NCBI GenBank assembly: GCA_964057225.1
Contig: OZ059895.1
Coordinates: 186,001 to 250,000 of the forward strand
Length of the DNA stretch: 64,000 nt
Reading direction: 5' to 3'
Source of the DNA: Auanema rhodensis
Lineage: Eukaryota > Animalia > Nematoda
Position 1 is the first letter of the stretch; each line of letters begins with the position of its first letter. Positions 41,063 to 55,300 of the stretch are shown here, piece after piece. Below the pieces are notes generated by a model. That model was not told the DNA's origin. It made no database searches and saw only the letters and a program-made list of their open reading frames with translations. The position numbers and the translations under genes are program-made.

Positions 41063-43167
41063 AGTTTATAAATGCACCGAGATATCAACTGATATAAGTT
41101 CACACTTATATCCTCGATTTTCACCCTGAAGGAATAATTTTTTCGTTGAATAACATTGTCCATTGTCTTTGCCTTGAAAAATGGAATCTAAAAACATCTA
41201 CTTTTTGCTAAATTATTTTGAAATTTTTCGAAAAAATTTTTGTCAAAATGTTTTTGGAAGCATTGTTGAGTGTACATGGAAACTCAACATACACTAATGC
41301 ATCATTTTTCAAACGATCATAACTAATTTTTGTATTAAGCGTTTCTCGATGTAGTATAGTGCATTCGATGCGGATTTTTAAGCTGCGTCGATCTGTGTTA
41401 TCAGATTTGCGCTAGTTTATAAATGCACCGAGATATCAACTGATATAAGTTCACACTTATATCCTCGATTTTCACCCTGAAGGAATAATTTTTTCGTTGA
41501 ATAACATTGTCCATCGGCTTTGCCTTGAAAAATGGAATCTAAAAACATCTACTTTTTGCTAAATTATTTTGAAATTTTTCGAAAAAATTTTTGTCAAAAT
41601 GTTTTTGGAAGCATTGTTGAGTGTACATGGAAACTCAACATACACTAATGCATCATTTTTCAAACGATCATAACTAATTTTTGTATCAAGCGTTTCTCAA
41701 TGTAGTTTAGTGCATTCAATGCGGATTTTTAAGCTGCGTCGATCTGTGTTATCAGATTTGCGCTAGTTTATAAATGCACCGAGATATCAACTGATATAAG
41801 TTCACACTTATATCCTCGATTTTCACCCTGAAGGAATAATTTTTTCGTTGAATAACATTGTCCATCGTCTTTGCCTTGAAAAATGGAATCTAAAAACATC
41901 TACTTTTTGCTAAATTATTTTGAAATTTTTCGAAAAAATTTTTGTCAAAATGTTTTTGGAAGCATTGTTGAGTGTACATGGAAACTCAACATACACTAAT
42001 GCATCATTTTTCAAACGATCATAACTAATTTTTGTATTAAGCGTTTCTCAATGTAGTATAGTGCATTCGATGCGGATTTTTAAGCTGCGTCGATCTGTGT
42101 TATCAGATTTGCGCTAGTTTATAAATGCACCGAGATATCAACTGATATAAGTTCACACTTATATCCTCGATTTTCACCCTGAAGGAATAATTTTTTCGTT
42201 GAATAACATTGTCCATTGTCTTTGCCTTGAAAAATGGAATCTAAAAACATCTACTTTTTGCTAAATTATTTTGAAATTTTTCGAAAAAATTTTTGTCAAA
42301 ATGTTTTTGGAAGCATTGTTGAGTGTACATGGAAACTCAACATACACTAATGCATCATTTTTCAAACGATCATAACTAATTTTTGTATTAAGCGTTTCTC
42401 GATGTAGTATAGTGCATTCGATGCGGATTTTTAAGCTGCGTCGATCTGTGTTATCAGATTTGCGCTAACTTAAAAATGCACCGAGATATCAACTGATATA
42501 AGTTCACACTTATATCCTCGATTTTCACCCTGAAGGAATAATTTTTTCGTTGAATAACATTGTCCATCGGCTTTGCCTTGAAAAATGGAATCTAAAAACA
42601 TCTACTTTTTGCTAAATTATTTTGAAATTTTTCGAAAAAATTTTTGTCAAAATGTTTTTGGAAGCATTGTTGAGTGTACATGGAAACTCAACATACACTA
42701 ATGCATCATTTTTCAAACGATCATAACTAATTTTTGTATCAAGCGTTTCTCAATGTAGTTTAGTGCATTCAATGCGGATTTTTAAGCTGCGTCGATCTGT
42801 GTTATCAGATTTGCGCTAGTTTATAAATGCACCGAGATATCAACTGATATAAGTTCACACTTATATCCTCGATTTTCACCCTGAAGGAATAATTTTTTCG
42901 TTGAATAACATTGTCCATCGTCTTTGCCTTGAAAAATGGAATCTAAAAACATCTACTTTTTGCTAAATTATTTTGAAATTTTTCGAAAAAATTTTTGTCA
43001 AAATGTTTTTGGAAGCATTGTTGAGTGTACATGGAAACTCAACATACACTAATGCATCTTTTTCAAACGATCATAACTAATTTTTGTATTAAGCGTTTCT
43101 CAATGTAGTATAGTGCATTCGATGCGGATTTTTAAGCTGCGTCGATCTGTGTTATCAGATTTGCGCT
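41063..43167. repeat. 3-monomer tandem duplication (1053 bp, M118-120 vs M121-123)
   Basis: ATCGGCTT at 41517/42570, CTCGATGT at 41348/42401, ATTCAATG at 41718/42771. Confidence 0.85.
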
Positions 43168-46100
43168 AGCTTAAAAATGCACCGAGATATCAACTGATAT
43201 AAGTTCACACTTATATCCTCGATTTTCACCCTGAAGGAATAATTTTTTCGTTGAATAACATTGTCCATCGTCTTTGCCTTGAAGAAAGGAATCTAAAAAC
43301 ATCTACTTTTTGCTAAATTATTTTGAAATTTTGCGAAAAAATTTTTGTCAAAATGTTTTTGGAAGCATTGTTGAGTGTACATGGAAACTCAACATACACT
43401 AATGCATCATTTTTCAAACGATCATAACTAATTTTTGTATCAAGCGATTCTCAATGTAGTTTAGTGCATTCGATGCGGATTTTTAAGCTGCGTCGATCTG
43501 TGTTATCAGATTTGCGCTAGCTTAAAAATGCACCGAGATATCAACTGATATAAGTTCACACTTATATCCTCGATTTTCACCCTGAAGGAATAATTTTTTC
43601 GTTGAATAACATTGTCCATCGTCTTTGCCTTGAAAAAAGGAATCTAAAAACATCTACTTTTTGCTAAATTATTTTGAAATTTTTCGAAAAAATTTTTGTC
43701 AAAATGTTTTTGGAAGCAATGTTGAGTGTACATGGAAACTCAACATACACTAATGCATCATTTTTCAAACGATCATAACTAATTTTTGTATTAAGCGTTT
43801 CTCAATGTAGTATAGTGCATTCGATGCGGATTTTTAAGCTGCGTCGATCTGTGTTATCAGATTTGCGCTAGCTTAAAAATGCACCGAGATATCAACTGAT
43901 ATAAGTTCACACTTATATCCTCGATTTTCACCCTGAAGGAATAATTTTTTCGTTGAATAACATTGTCCATCGTCTTTGCCTTGAAAAATGGAATCTAAAA
44001 ACATCTACTTTTTGCTAAATTATTCTGAAATGTTTCGAAAAAATTTTTGTCAAAATGTTTTTGGAAGCATTGTTGAGTGTACATGGAAACTCAACATACA
44101 CTAATGCATCATTTTTCAAACGATCATAACTAATTTTTGTATCAAGCGTTTCTCAATGTAGTTTAGTGCATTCGATGCGGATTTTTAAGCTGCGTCGATC
44201 TGTGTTATCAGATTTGCGCTAGCTTAAAAATGCACCGAGATATCAACTGATATAAGTTCACACTTATATCCTCGATTTTCACCCTGAAGGAATAATTTTT
44301 TCGTTGAATAACATTGTCCATCGTCTTTGCCTTGAAAAATGGAATCTAAAAACATCTACTTTTTGCTAAATTATTTTGAAATTTTTCGAAAAAATTTTTG
44401 TCAAAATGTTTTTGGAAGCATTGTTGAGTGTACATGGAAACTCAACATACACTAATGCATCATTTTTCAAACGATCATAACTAATTTTTGTATTAAGCGT
44501 TTCTCAATGTAGTATAGTGCATTCGATGCGGATTTTTAAGCTGCGTCGATCTGTGTTATCAGATTTGCGCTAGTTTATAAATGCACCGAGATATCAACTG
44601 ATATAAGTTCACACTTATATCCTCGATTTTCACCCTGAAGGAATAATTTTTTCGTTGAATAACATTGTCCATTGTCTTTGCCTTGAAAAATGGAATCTAA
44701 AAACATCTACTTTTTGCTAAATTATTTTGAAATTTTTCGAAAAAATTTTTGTCAAAATGTTTTTGGAAGCATTGTTGAGTGTACATGGAAACTCAACATA
44801 CACTAATGCATCATTTTTCAAACGATCATAACTAATTTTTGTATTAAGCGTTTCTCCATGTAGTATAGTGCATTCGATGCGGATTTTTAAGCTGCGTCGA
44901 TCTGTGTTATCAGATTTGCGCTAGTTTATAAATGCACCGAGATATCAACTGATATAAGTTCACACTTATATCCTCGATTTTCACCCTGAAGGAATGATTT
45001 TTTCGTTGAATAACATTGTCCATCGTCTTTGCCTTGAAAAAAGGAATCTAAAAACATCTACTTTTTGCTAAATTATTTTGAAATTTTTCGAAAAAATTTT
45101 TGTCAAAATGTTTTTGGAAGCAATGTTGAGTGTACATGGAAACTCAACATACACTAATGCATCATTTTTCAAACGATCATAACTAATTTTTGTATTAAGC
45201 GTTTCTCAATGTAGTATAGTGCATTCGATGCGGATTTTTAAGCTGCGTCGATCTGTGTTATCAGATTTGCGCTAGCTTAAAAATGCACCGAGATATCAAC
45301 TGATATAAGTTCACACTTATATCCTCGATTTTCACCCTGAAGGAATAATTTTTTCGTTGAATAACATTGTCCATCGGCTTTGCCTTGAAAAATGGAATCT
45401 AAAAACATCTACTTTTTGCTAAATTATTTTGAAATTTTTCGAAAAAATTTTTGTCAAAATGTTTTTGGAAGCATTGTTGAGTGTACATGGAAACTCAACA
45501 TACACTAATGCATCATTTTTCAAACGATCATAACTAATTTTTGTATCAAGCGTTTCTCAATGTAGTTTAGTGCATTCAATGCGGATTTTTAAGCTGCGTC
45601 GATCTGTGTTATCAGATTTGCGCTAGTTTATAAATGCACCGAGATATCAACTGATATAAGTTCACACTTATATCCTCGATTTTCACCCTGAAGGAATAAT
45701 TTTTTCGTTGAATAACATTGTCCATCGTCTTTGCCTTGAAAAATGGAATCTAAAAACATCTACTTTTTGCTAAATTATTTTGAAATTTTTCGAAAAAATT
45801 TTTGTCAAAATGTTTTTGGAAGCATTGTTGAGTGTACATGGAAACTCAACATACACTAATGCATCATTTTTCAAACGATCATAACTTATTTTTGTATTAA
45901 GCGTTTCTCAATGTAGTATAGTGCATTCGATGCGGATTTTTAAGCTGCGTCGATCTGTGTTATTAGATTTGCGCTAGCTTAAAAATGCACCGCGATATCA
46001 ACTGATATAAGTTCACACTTATATCCTCGATTTTCACCCTGAAGGAATAATTTTTTCGTTGAATAACATTGTCCATTGTCTTTGCCTTGAAAAATGGAAT

Positions 46101-46327
46101 CTAAAAACATCTACTTTTTGCTAAATTATTTTGAAAATTTTTCGAAAAAATTTTTGTCAAAATGTTTTTGGAAGCATTGTTGAGTGTACATGGAAACTCA
46201 ACATACACTAATGCATCATTTTTCAAACGATCATAACTAATTTTTGTATTAAGCGTTTCTCAATGTAGTATAGTGCATTCGATGCGGATTTTTAAGCTGC
46301 GTCGATCTGTGTTATCAGATTTGCGCT

Positions 46328-49300
46328 AGTTTATAAATGCACCGAGATATCAACTGATATAAGTTCACACTTATATCCTCGATTTTCACCCTGAAGGAAT
46401 AATTTTTTCGTTGAATAACATTGTCCATTGTCTTTGCCTTGAAAAATGGAATCTAAAAACATCTACTTTTTGCTAAATTATTTTGAAATTTTTCGAAAAA
46501 ATTTTTGTCAAAATGTTTTTGGAAGCATTGTTGAGTGTACATGGAAACTCAACATACACTAATGCATCATTTTTCAAACGATCATAACTAATTTTTGTAT
46601 TAAGCGTTTCTCCATGTAGTATAGTGCATTCGATGCGGATTTTTAAGCTGCGTCGATCTGTGTTATCAGATTTGCGCTAGCTTAAAAATGCACCGAGATA
46701 TCAACTGATATAAGTTCACACTTATATCCTCGATTTTCACCCTGAAGGAATGATTTTTTCGTTGAATAACATTGTCCATCGTCTTTGCCTTGAAAAAAGG
46801 AATCTAAAAACATCTACTTTTTGCTAAATTATTTTGAAATTTTTCGAAAAAATTTTTGTCAAAATGTTTTTGGAAGCAATGTTGAGTGTACATGGAAACT
46901 CAACATACACTAATGCATCATTTTTCAAACGATCATAACTAATTTTTGTATTAAGCGTTTCTCAATGTAGTATAGTGCATTCGATGCGGATTTTTAAGCT
47001 GCGTCGATCTGTGTTATCAGATTTGCGCTAGCTTAAAAATGCACCGAGATATCAACTGATATAAGTTCACACTTATATCCTCGATTTTCACCCTGAAGGA
47101 ATAATTTTTTCGTTGAATAACATTGTCCATCGTCTTTGCCTTGAAAAAAGGAATCTAAAAACATCTACTTTTTGCTAAATTATTTTGAAATTTTTCGAAA
47201 AAATTTTTGTCAAAATGTTTTTGGAAGCAATGTTGAGTGTACATGGAAACTCAACATACACTAATGCATCATTTTTCAAACGATCATAACTAATTTTTGT
47301 ATTAAGCGTTTCTCAATGTAGTATAGTGCATTCGATGCGGATTTTTAAGCTGCGTCGATCTGTGTTATCAGATTTGCGCTAGCTTAAAAATGCACCGAGA
47401 TATCAACTGATATAAGTTCACACTTATATCCTCGATTTTCACCCTGAAGGAATAATTTTTTCGTTGAATAACATTGTCCATCGGCTTTGCCTTGAAAAAT
47501 GGAATCTAAAAACATCTACTTTTTGCTAAATTATTTTGAAATTTTTCGAAAAAATTTTTGTCAAAATGTTTTTGGAAGCATTGTTGAGTGTACATGGAAA
47601 CTCAACATACACTAATGCATCATTTTTCAAACGATCATAACTAATTTTTGTATCAAGCGTTTCTCAATGTAGTTTAGTGCATTCAATGCGGATTTTTAAG
47701 CTGCGTCGATCTGTGTTATCAGATTTGCGCTAGTTTATAAATGCACCGAGATATCAACTGATATAAGTTCACACTTATATCCTCGATTTTCACCCTGAAG
47801 GAATAATTTTTTCGTTGAATAACATTGTCCATCGTCTTTGCCTTGAAAAATGGAATCTAAAAACATCTACTTTTTGCTAAATTATTTTGAAATTTTTCGA
47901 AAAAATTTTTGTCAAAATGTTTTTGGAAGCATTGTTGAGTGTACATGGAAACTCAACATACACTAATGCATCTTTTTCAAACGATCATAACTAATTTTTG
48001 TATTAAGCGTTTCTCAATGTAGTATAGTGCATTCGATGCGGATTTTTAAGCTGCGTCGATCTGTGTTATCAGATTTGCGCTAGCTTAAAAATGCACCGAG
48101 ATATCAACTGATATAAGTTCACACTTATATCCTCGATTTTCACCCTGAAGGAATAATTTTTTCGTTGAATAACATTGTCCATCGTCTTTGCCTTGAAGAA
48201 AGGAATCTAAAAACATCTACTTTTTGCTAAATTATTTTGAAATTTTTCGAAAAAATTTTTGTCAAAATGTTTTTGGAAGCATTGTTGAGTGTACATGGAA
48301 ACTCAACATACACTAATGCATCATTTTTCAAACGATCATAACTAATTTTTGTATTAAGCGTTTCTCAATGTAGTATAGTGCATTCGATGCGGATTTTTAA
48401 GCTGCGTCGATCTGTGTTATCAGATTTGCGCTAGCTTAAAAATGCACCGAGATATCAACTGATATAAGTTCACACTTATATCCTCGATTTTCACCCTGAA
48501 GGAATAATTTTTTCGTTGAATAACATTGTCCATCGTCTTTGCCTTGAAAAATGGAATCTAAAAACATCTACTTTTTGCTAAATTATTTTGAAATTTTTCG
48601 AAAAAATTTTTGTCAAAATGTTTTTGGAAGCATTGTTGAGTGTACATGGAAACTCAACATACACTAATGCATCATTTTTCAAACGATCATAACTAATTTT
48701 TGTATCAAGCGTTTCTCAATGTAGTTTAGTGCATTCGATGCGGATTTTTAAGCTGCGTCGATCTGTGTTATCAGATTTGCGCTAGCTTAAAAATGCACCG
48801 AGATATCAACTGATATAAGTTCACACTTATATCCTCGATTTTCACCCTGAAGGAATAATTTTTTCGTTGAATAACATTGTCCATCGTCTTTGCCTTGAAA
48901 AATGGAATCTAAAAACATCTACTTTTTGCTAAATTATTCTGAAATGTTTCGAAAAAATTTTTGTCAAAATGTTTTTGGAAGCATTGTTGAGTGTACATGG
49001 AAACTCAACATACACTAATGCATCATTTTTCAAACGATCATAACTAATTTTTGTATCAAGCGTTTCTCAATGTAGTTTAGTGCATTCGATGCGGATTTTT
49101 AAGCTGCGTCGATCTGTGTTATCAGATTTGCGCTAGCTTAAAAATGCACCGAGATATCAACTGATATAAGTTCACACTTATATCCTCGATTTTCACCCTG
49201 AAGGAATAATTTTTTCGTTGAATAACATTGTCCATCGTCTTTGCCTTGAAAAATGGAATCTAAAAACATCTACTTTTTGCTAAATTATTTTGAAATTTTT

Positions 49301-52300
49301 CGAAAAAATTTTTGTCAAAATGTTTTTGGAAGCATTGTTGAGTGTACATGGAAACTCAACATACACTAATGCATCTTTTTCAAACGATCATAACTAATTT
49401 TTGTATTAAGCGTTTCTCAATGTAGTATAGTGCATTCGATGCGGATTTTTAAGCTGCGTCGATCTGTGTTATCAGATTTGCGCTAGCTTAAAAATGCACC
49501 GAGATATCAACTGATATAAGTTCACACTTATATCCTCGATTTTCACCCTGAAGGAATAATTTTTTCGTTGAATAACATTGTCCATCGTCTTTGCCTTGAA
49601 GAAAGGAATCTAAAAACATCTACTTTTTGCTAAATTATTTTGAAATTTTTCGAAAAAATTTTTGTCAAAATGTTTTTGGAAGCATTGTTGAGTGTACATG
49701 GAAACTCAACATACACTAATGCATCATTTTTCAAACGATCATAACTAATTTTTGTATTAAGCGTTTCTCAATGTAGTATAGTGCATTCGATGCGGATTTT
49801 TAAGCTGCGTCGATCTGTGTTATCAGATTTGCGCTAGCTTAAAAATGCACCGAGATATCAACTGATATAAGTTCACACTTATATCCTCGATTTTCACCCT
49901 GAAGGAATAATTTTTTCGTTGAATAACATTGTCCATCGTCTTTGCCTTGAAAAATGGAATCTAAAAACATCTACTTTTTGCTAAATTATTTTGAAATTTT
50001 TCGAAAAAATTTTTGTCAAAATGTTTTTGGAAGCATTGTTGAGTGTACATGGAAACTCAACATACACTAATGCATCATTTTTCAAACGATCATAACTAAT
50101 TTTTGTATCAAGCGTTTCTCAATGTAGTTTAGTGCATTCGATGCGGATTTTTAAGCTGCGTCGATCTGTGTTATCAGATTTGCGCTAGCTTAAAAATGCA
50201 CCGAGATATCAACTGATATAAGTTCACACTTATATCCTCGATTTTCACCCTGAAGGAATAATTTTTTCGTTGAATAACATTGTCCATCGTCTTTGCCTTG
50301 AAAAATGGAATCTAAAAACATCTACTTTTTGCTAAATTATTCTGAAATGTTTCGAAAAAATTTTTGTCAAAATGTTTTTGGAAGCATTGTTGAGTGTACA
50401 TGGAAACTCAACATACACTAATGCATCATTTTTCAAACGATCATAACTAATTTTTGTATCAAGCGTTTCTCAATGTAGTTTAGTGCATTCGATGCGGATT
50501 TTTAAGCTGCGTCGATCTGTGTTATCAGATTTGCGCTAGCTTAAAAATGCACCGAGATATCAACTGATATAAGTTCACACTTATATCCTCGATTTTCACC
50601 CTGAAGGAATAATTTTTTCGTTGAATAACATTGTCCATCGTCTTTGCCTTGAAAAATGGAATCTAAAAACATCTACTTTTTGCTTAATTATTTTGAAATT
50701 TTTCGAAAAAATTTTTGTCAAAATGTTTTTGGAAGCATTGTTGAGTGTACATGGAAACTCAACATACACTAATGCATCATTTTTCAAACGATCATAACTA
50801 ATTTTTGTATTAAGCGTTTCTCAATGTAGTATAGTGCATTCGATGCGGATTTTTAAGCTGCGTCGATCTGTGTTATCAGATTTGCGCTAGTTTATAAATG
50901 CACCGAGATATCAACTGATATAAGTTCACACTTATATCCTCGATTTTCACCCTGAAGGAATAATTTTTTCGTTGAATAACATTGTCCATTGTCTTTGCCT
51001 TGAAAAATGGAATCTAAAAACATCTACTTTTTGCTAAATTATTTTGAAATTTTTCGAAAAAATTTTTGTCAAAATGTTTTTGGAAGCATTGTTGAGTGTA
51101 CATGGAAACTCAACATACACTAATGCATCATTTTTCAAACGATCATAACTAATTTTTGTATTAAGCGTTTCTCCATGTAGTATAGTGCATTCGATGCGGA
51201 TTTTTAAGCTGCGTCGATCTGTGTTATCAGATTTGCGCTAGCTTAAAAATGCACCGAGATATCAACTGATATAAGTTCACACTTATATCCTCGATTTTCA
51301 CCCTGAAGGAATGATTTTTTCGTTGAATAACATTGTCCATCGTCTTTGCCTTGCAAAAAGGAATCTAAAAACATCTACTTTTTGCTAAATTATTTTGAAA
51401 TTTTTCGAAAAAATTTTTGTCAAAATGTTTTTGGAAGCATTGTTGAGTGTACATGGAAACTCAACATACACTAATGCATCATTTTTCAAACGATCATAAC
51501 TAATTTTTGTATTAAGCGTTTCTCAATGTAGTATAGTGCATTCGATGCGGATTTTTAAGCTGCGTCGATCTGTGTTATCAGATTTGCGCTAGCTTAAAAA
51601 TGCACCGAGATATCAACTGATATAAGTTCACACTTATATCCTCGATTTTCACCCTGAAGGAATAATTTTTTCGTTGAATAACATTGTCCATCGTCTTTGC
51701 CTTGAAAAAAGGAATCTAAAAACATCTACTTTTTGCTAAATTATTTTGAAATTTTTCGAAAAAATTTTTGTCAAAATGTTTTTGGAAGCAATGTTGAGTG
51801 TACATGGAAACTCAACATACACTAATGCATCATTTTTCAAACGATCATAACTAATTTTTGTATTAAGCGTTTCTCAATGTAGTATAGTGCATTCGATGCG
51901 GATTTTTAAGCTGCGTCGATCTGTGTTATCAGATTTGCGCTAGCTTAAAAATGCACCGAGATATCAACTGATATAAGTTCACACTTATATCCTCGATTTT
52001 CACCCTGAAGGAATAATTTTTTCGTTGAATAACATTGTCCATCGTCTTTGCCTTGAAAAATGGAATCTAAAAACATCTACTTTTTGCTAAATTATTTTGA
52101 AATTTTTCGAAAAAATTTTTGTCAAAATGTTTTTGGAAGCATTGTTGAGTGTACATGGAAACTCAACATACACTAATGCATCATTTTTCAAACGATCATA
52201 ACTAATTTTTGTATTAAGCGTTTCTCAATGTAGTATAGTGCATTCGATGCGGATTTTTAAGCTGCGTCGATCTGTGTTATCAGATTTGCGCTAGTTTATA

Positions 52301-55300
52301 AATGCACCGAGATATCAACTGATATAAGTTCACACTTATATCCTCGATTTTCACCCTGAAGGAATAATTTTTTCGTTGAATAACATTGTCCATTGTCTTT
52401 GCCTTGAAAAATGGAATCTAAAAACATCTACTTTTTGCTAAATTATTTTGAAATTTTTCGAAAAAATTTTTGTCAAAATGTTTTTGGAAGCATTGTTGAG
52501 TGTACATGGAAACTCAACATACACTAATGCATCATTTTTCAAACGATCATAACTAATTTTTGTATTAAGCGTTTCTCAATGTAGTATAGTGCATTCGATG
52601 CGGATTTTTAAGCTGCGTCGATCTGTGTTATCAGATTTGCGCTAGTTTATAAATGCACCGAGATATCAACTGATATAAGTTCACACTTATATCCTCGATT
52701 TTCACCCTGAAGGAATAATTTTTTCGTTGAATAACATTGTCCATTGTCTTTGCCTTGAAAAATGGAATCTAAAAACATCTACTTTTTGCTAAATTATTTT
52801 GAAATTTTTCGAAAAAATTTTTGTCAAAATGTTTTTGGAAGCATTGTTGAGTGTACATGGAAACTCAACATACACTAATGCATCATTTTTCAAACGATCA
52901 TAACTAATTTTTGTATTAAGCGTTTCTCAATGTAGTATAGTGCATTCGATGCGGATTTTTAAGCTGCGTCGATCTGTGTTATCAGATTTGCGCTAGCTTA
53001 AAAATGCACCGAGATATCAACTGATATAAGTTCACACTTATATCCTCGATTTTCACCCTGAAGGAATAATTTTTTCGTTGAATAACATTGTCCATCGTCT
53101 TTGCCTTGAAAAAAGGATTCTAAAAACATCTACTTTTTGCTAAATTATTTTGAAATTTTTCGAAAAAATTTTTGTCAAAATGTTTTTGGAAGCATTGTTG
53201 AGTGTACATGGAAACTCAACATACACTAATGCATCATTTTTCAAACGATCATAACTAATTTTTGTATTAAGCGTTTCTCAATGTAGTATAGTGCATTCGA
53301 TGCGGATTTTTAAGCTGCGTCGATCTGTGTTATCAGATTTGCGCTAGCTTAAAAATGCACCGAGATATCAACTGATATAAGTTCACACTTATATCCTCGA
53401 TTTTCACCCTGAAGGAATAATTTTTTCGTTGAATAACATTGTCCATCGTCTTTGCCTTGAAAAAAGGATTCTAAAAACATCTACTTTTTGCTAAATTATT
53501 TTGAAATTTTTCGAAAAAATTTTTGTCAAAATGTTTTTGGAAGCATTGTTGAGTGTACATGGAAACTCAACATACACTAATGCATCATTTTTCAAACGAT
53601 CATAACTAATTTTTGTATTAAGCGTTTCTCAATGTAGTATAGTGCATTCGATGCGGATTTTTAAGCTGCGTCGATCTGTGTTATCAGATTTGCGCTAGCT
53701 TAAAAATGCACCGAGATATCAACTGATATAAGTTCACACTTATATCCTCGATTTTCACCCTGAAGGAATAATTTTTTCGTTGAATAACATTGTCCATCGT
53801 CTTTGCCTTGAAAAAAGGAATCTAAAAACATCTACTTTTCGCTAAATTATTTTGAAATTTTTCGAAAAAATTTTTGTCAAAATGTTTTTGGAAGCAATGT
53901 TGAGTGTACATGGAAACTCAACATACACTAATGCATCATTTTTCAAACGATCATAACTAATTTTTGTATTAAGCGTTTCTCAATGTAGTATAGTGCATTC
54001 GATGCGGATTTTTAAGCTGCGTCGATCTGTGTTATCAGATTTGCGCTAGCTTAAAAATGCACCGAGATATCAACTGATATAAGTTCACACTTATATCCTC
54101 GATTTTCACCCTGAAGGAATAATTTTTTCGTTGAATAACATTGTCCATCGTCTTTGCCTTGAAAAAAGGAATCTAAAAACATCTACTTTTTGCTAAATTA
54201 TTTTGAAATTTTTCGAAAAAATTTTTGTCAAAATGTTTTTGGAAGCAATGTTGAGTGTACATGGAAACTCAACATACACTAATGCATCATTTTTCAAACG
54301 ATCATAACTAATTTTTGTATTAAGCGTTTCTCAATGTAGTATAGTGCATTCGATGCGGATTTTTAAGCTGCGTCGATCTGTGTTATCAGATTTGCGCTAG
54401 CTTAAAAATGCACCGAGATATCAACTGATATAAGTTCACACTTATATCCTCGATTTTCACCCTGAAGGAATAATTTTTTCGTTGAATAACATTGTCCATC
54501 GTCTTTGCCTTGAAAAAAGGAATCTAAAAACATCTACTTTTTGCTAAATTATTTTGAAATTTTTCGAAAAAATTTTTGTCAAAATGTTTTTGGAAGCAAT
54601 GTTGAGTGTACATGGAAACTCAACATACACTAATGCATCATTTTTCAAACGATCATAACTAATTTTTGTATTAAGCGTTTCTCAATGTAGTATAGTGCAT
54701 TCGATGCGGATTTTTAAGCTGCGTCGATCTGTGTTATCAGATTTGCGCTAGCTTAAAAATGCACCGAGATATCAACTGATATAAGTTCACACTTATATCC
54801 TCGATTTTCACCCTGAAGGAATAATTTTTTCGTTGAATAACATTGTCCATTGTCTTTGCCTTGAAAAATGGAATCTAAAAACATCTACTTTTTGCTAAAT
54901 TATTTTGAAATTTTTCGAAAAAATTTTTGTCAAAATGTTTTTGGAAGCATTGTTGAGTGTACATGGAAACTCAACATACACTAATGCATCATTTTTCAAA
55001 CGATCATAACTAATTTTTGTATTAAGCGTTTCTCCATGTAGTATAGTGCATTCGATGCGGATTTTTAAGCTGCGTCGATCTGTGTTATCAGATTTGCGCT
55101 AGCTTAAAAATGCACCGAGATATCAACTGATATAAGTTCACACTTATATCCTCGATTTTCACCCTGAAGGAATGATTTTTTCGTTGAATAACATTGTCCA
55201 TCGTCTTTGCCTTGAAAAAAGGAATCTAAAAACATCTACTTTTTGCTAAATTATTTTGAAATTTTTCGAAAAAATTTTTGTCAAAATGTTTTTGGAAGCA

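Noticed and set aside
46134-46137. Unique 1-bp insertion (GAAA>GAAAA) as a biological event
   Set aside because: It is a singleton homopolymer extension, which is the typical long-read consensus error. It cannot be trusted without reads.
50596-50787. 63-aa minus-strand ORF (MKNDALVYVEF...)
   Set aside because: It lies wholly inside monomer M145. It exists only because A>T at 50685 turns the minus-strand TAG present in other monomers into AAG. The K/F/I/N-rich composition reflects A/T tracts, and I recognise no domain.
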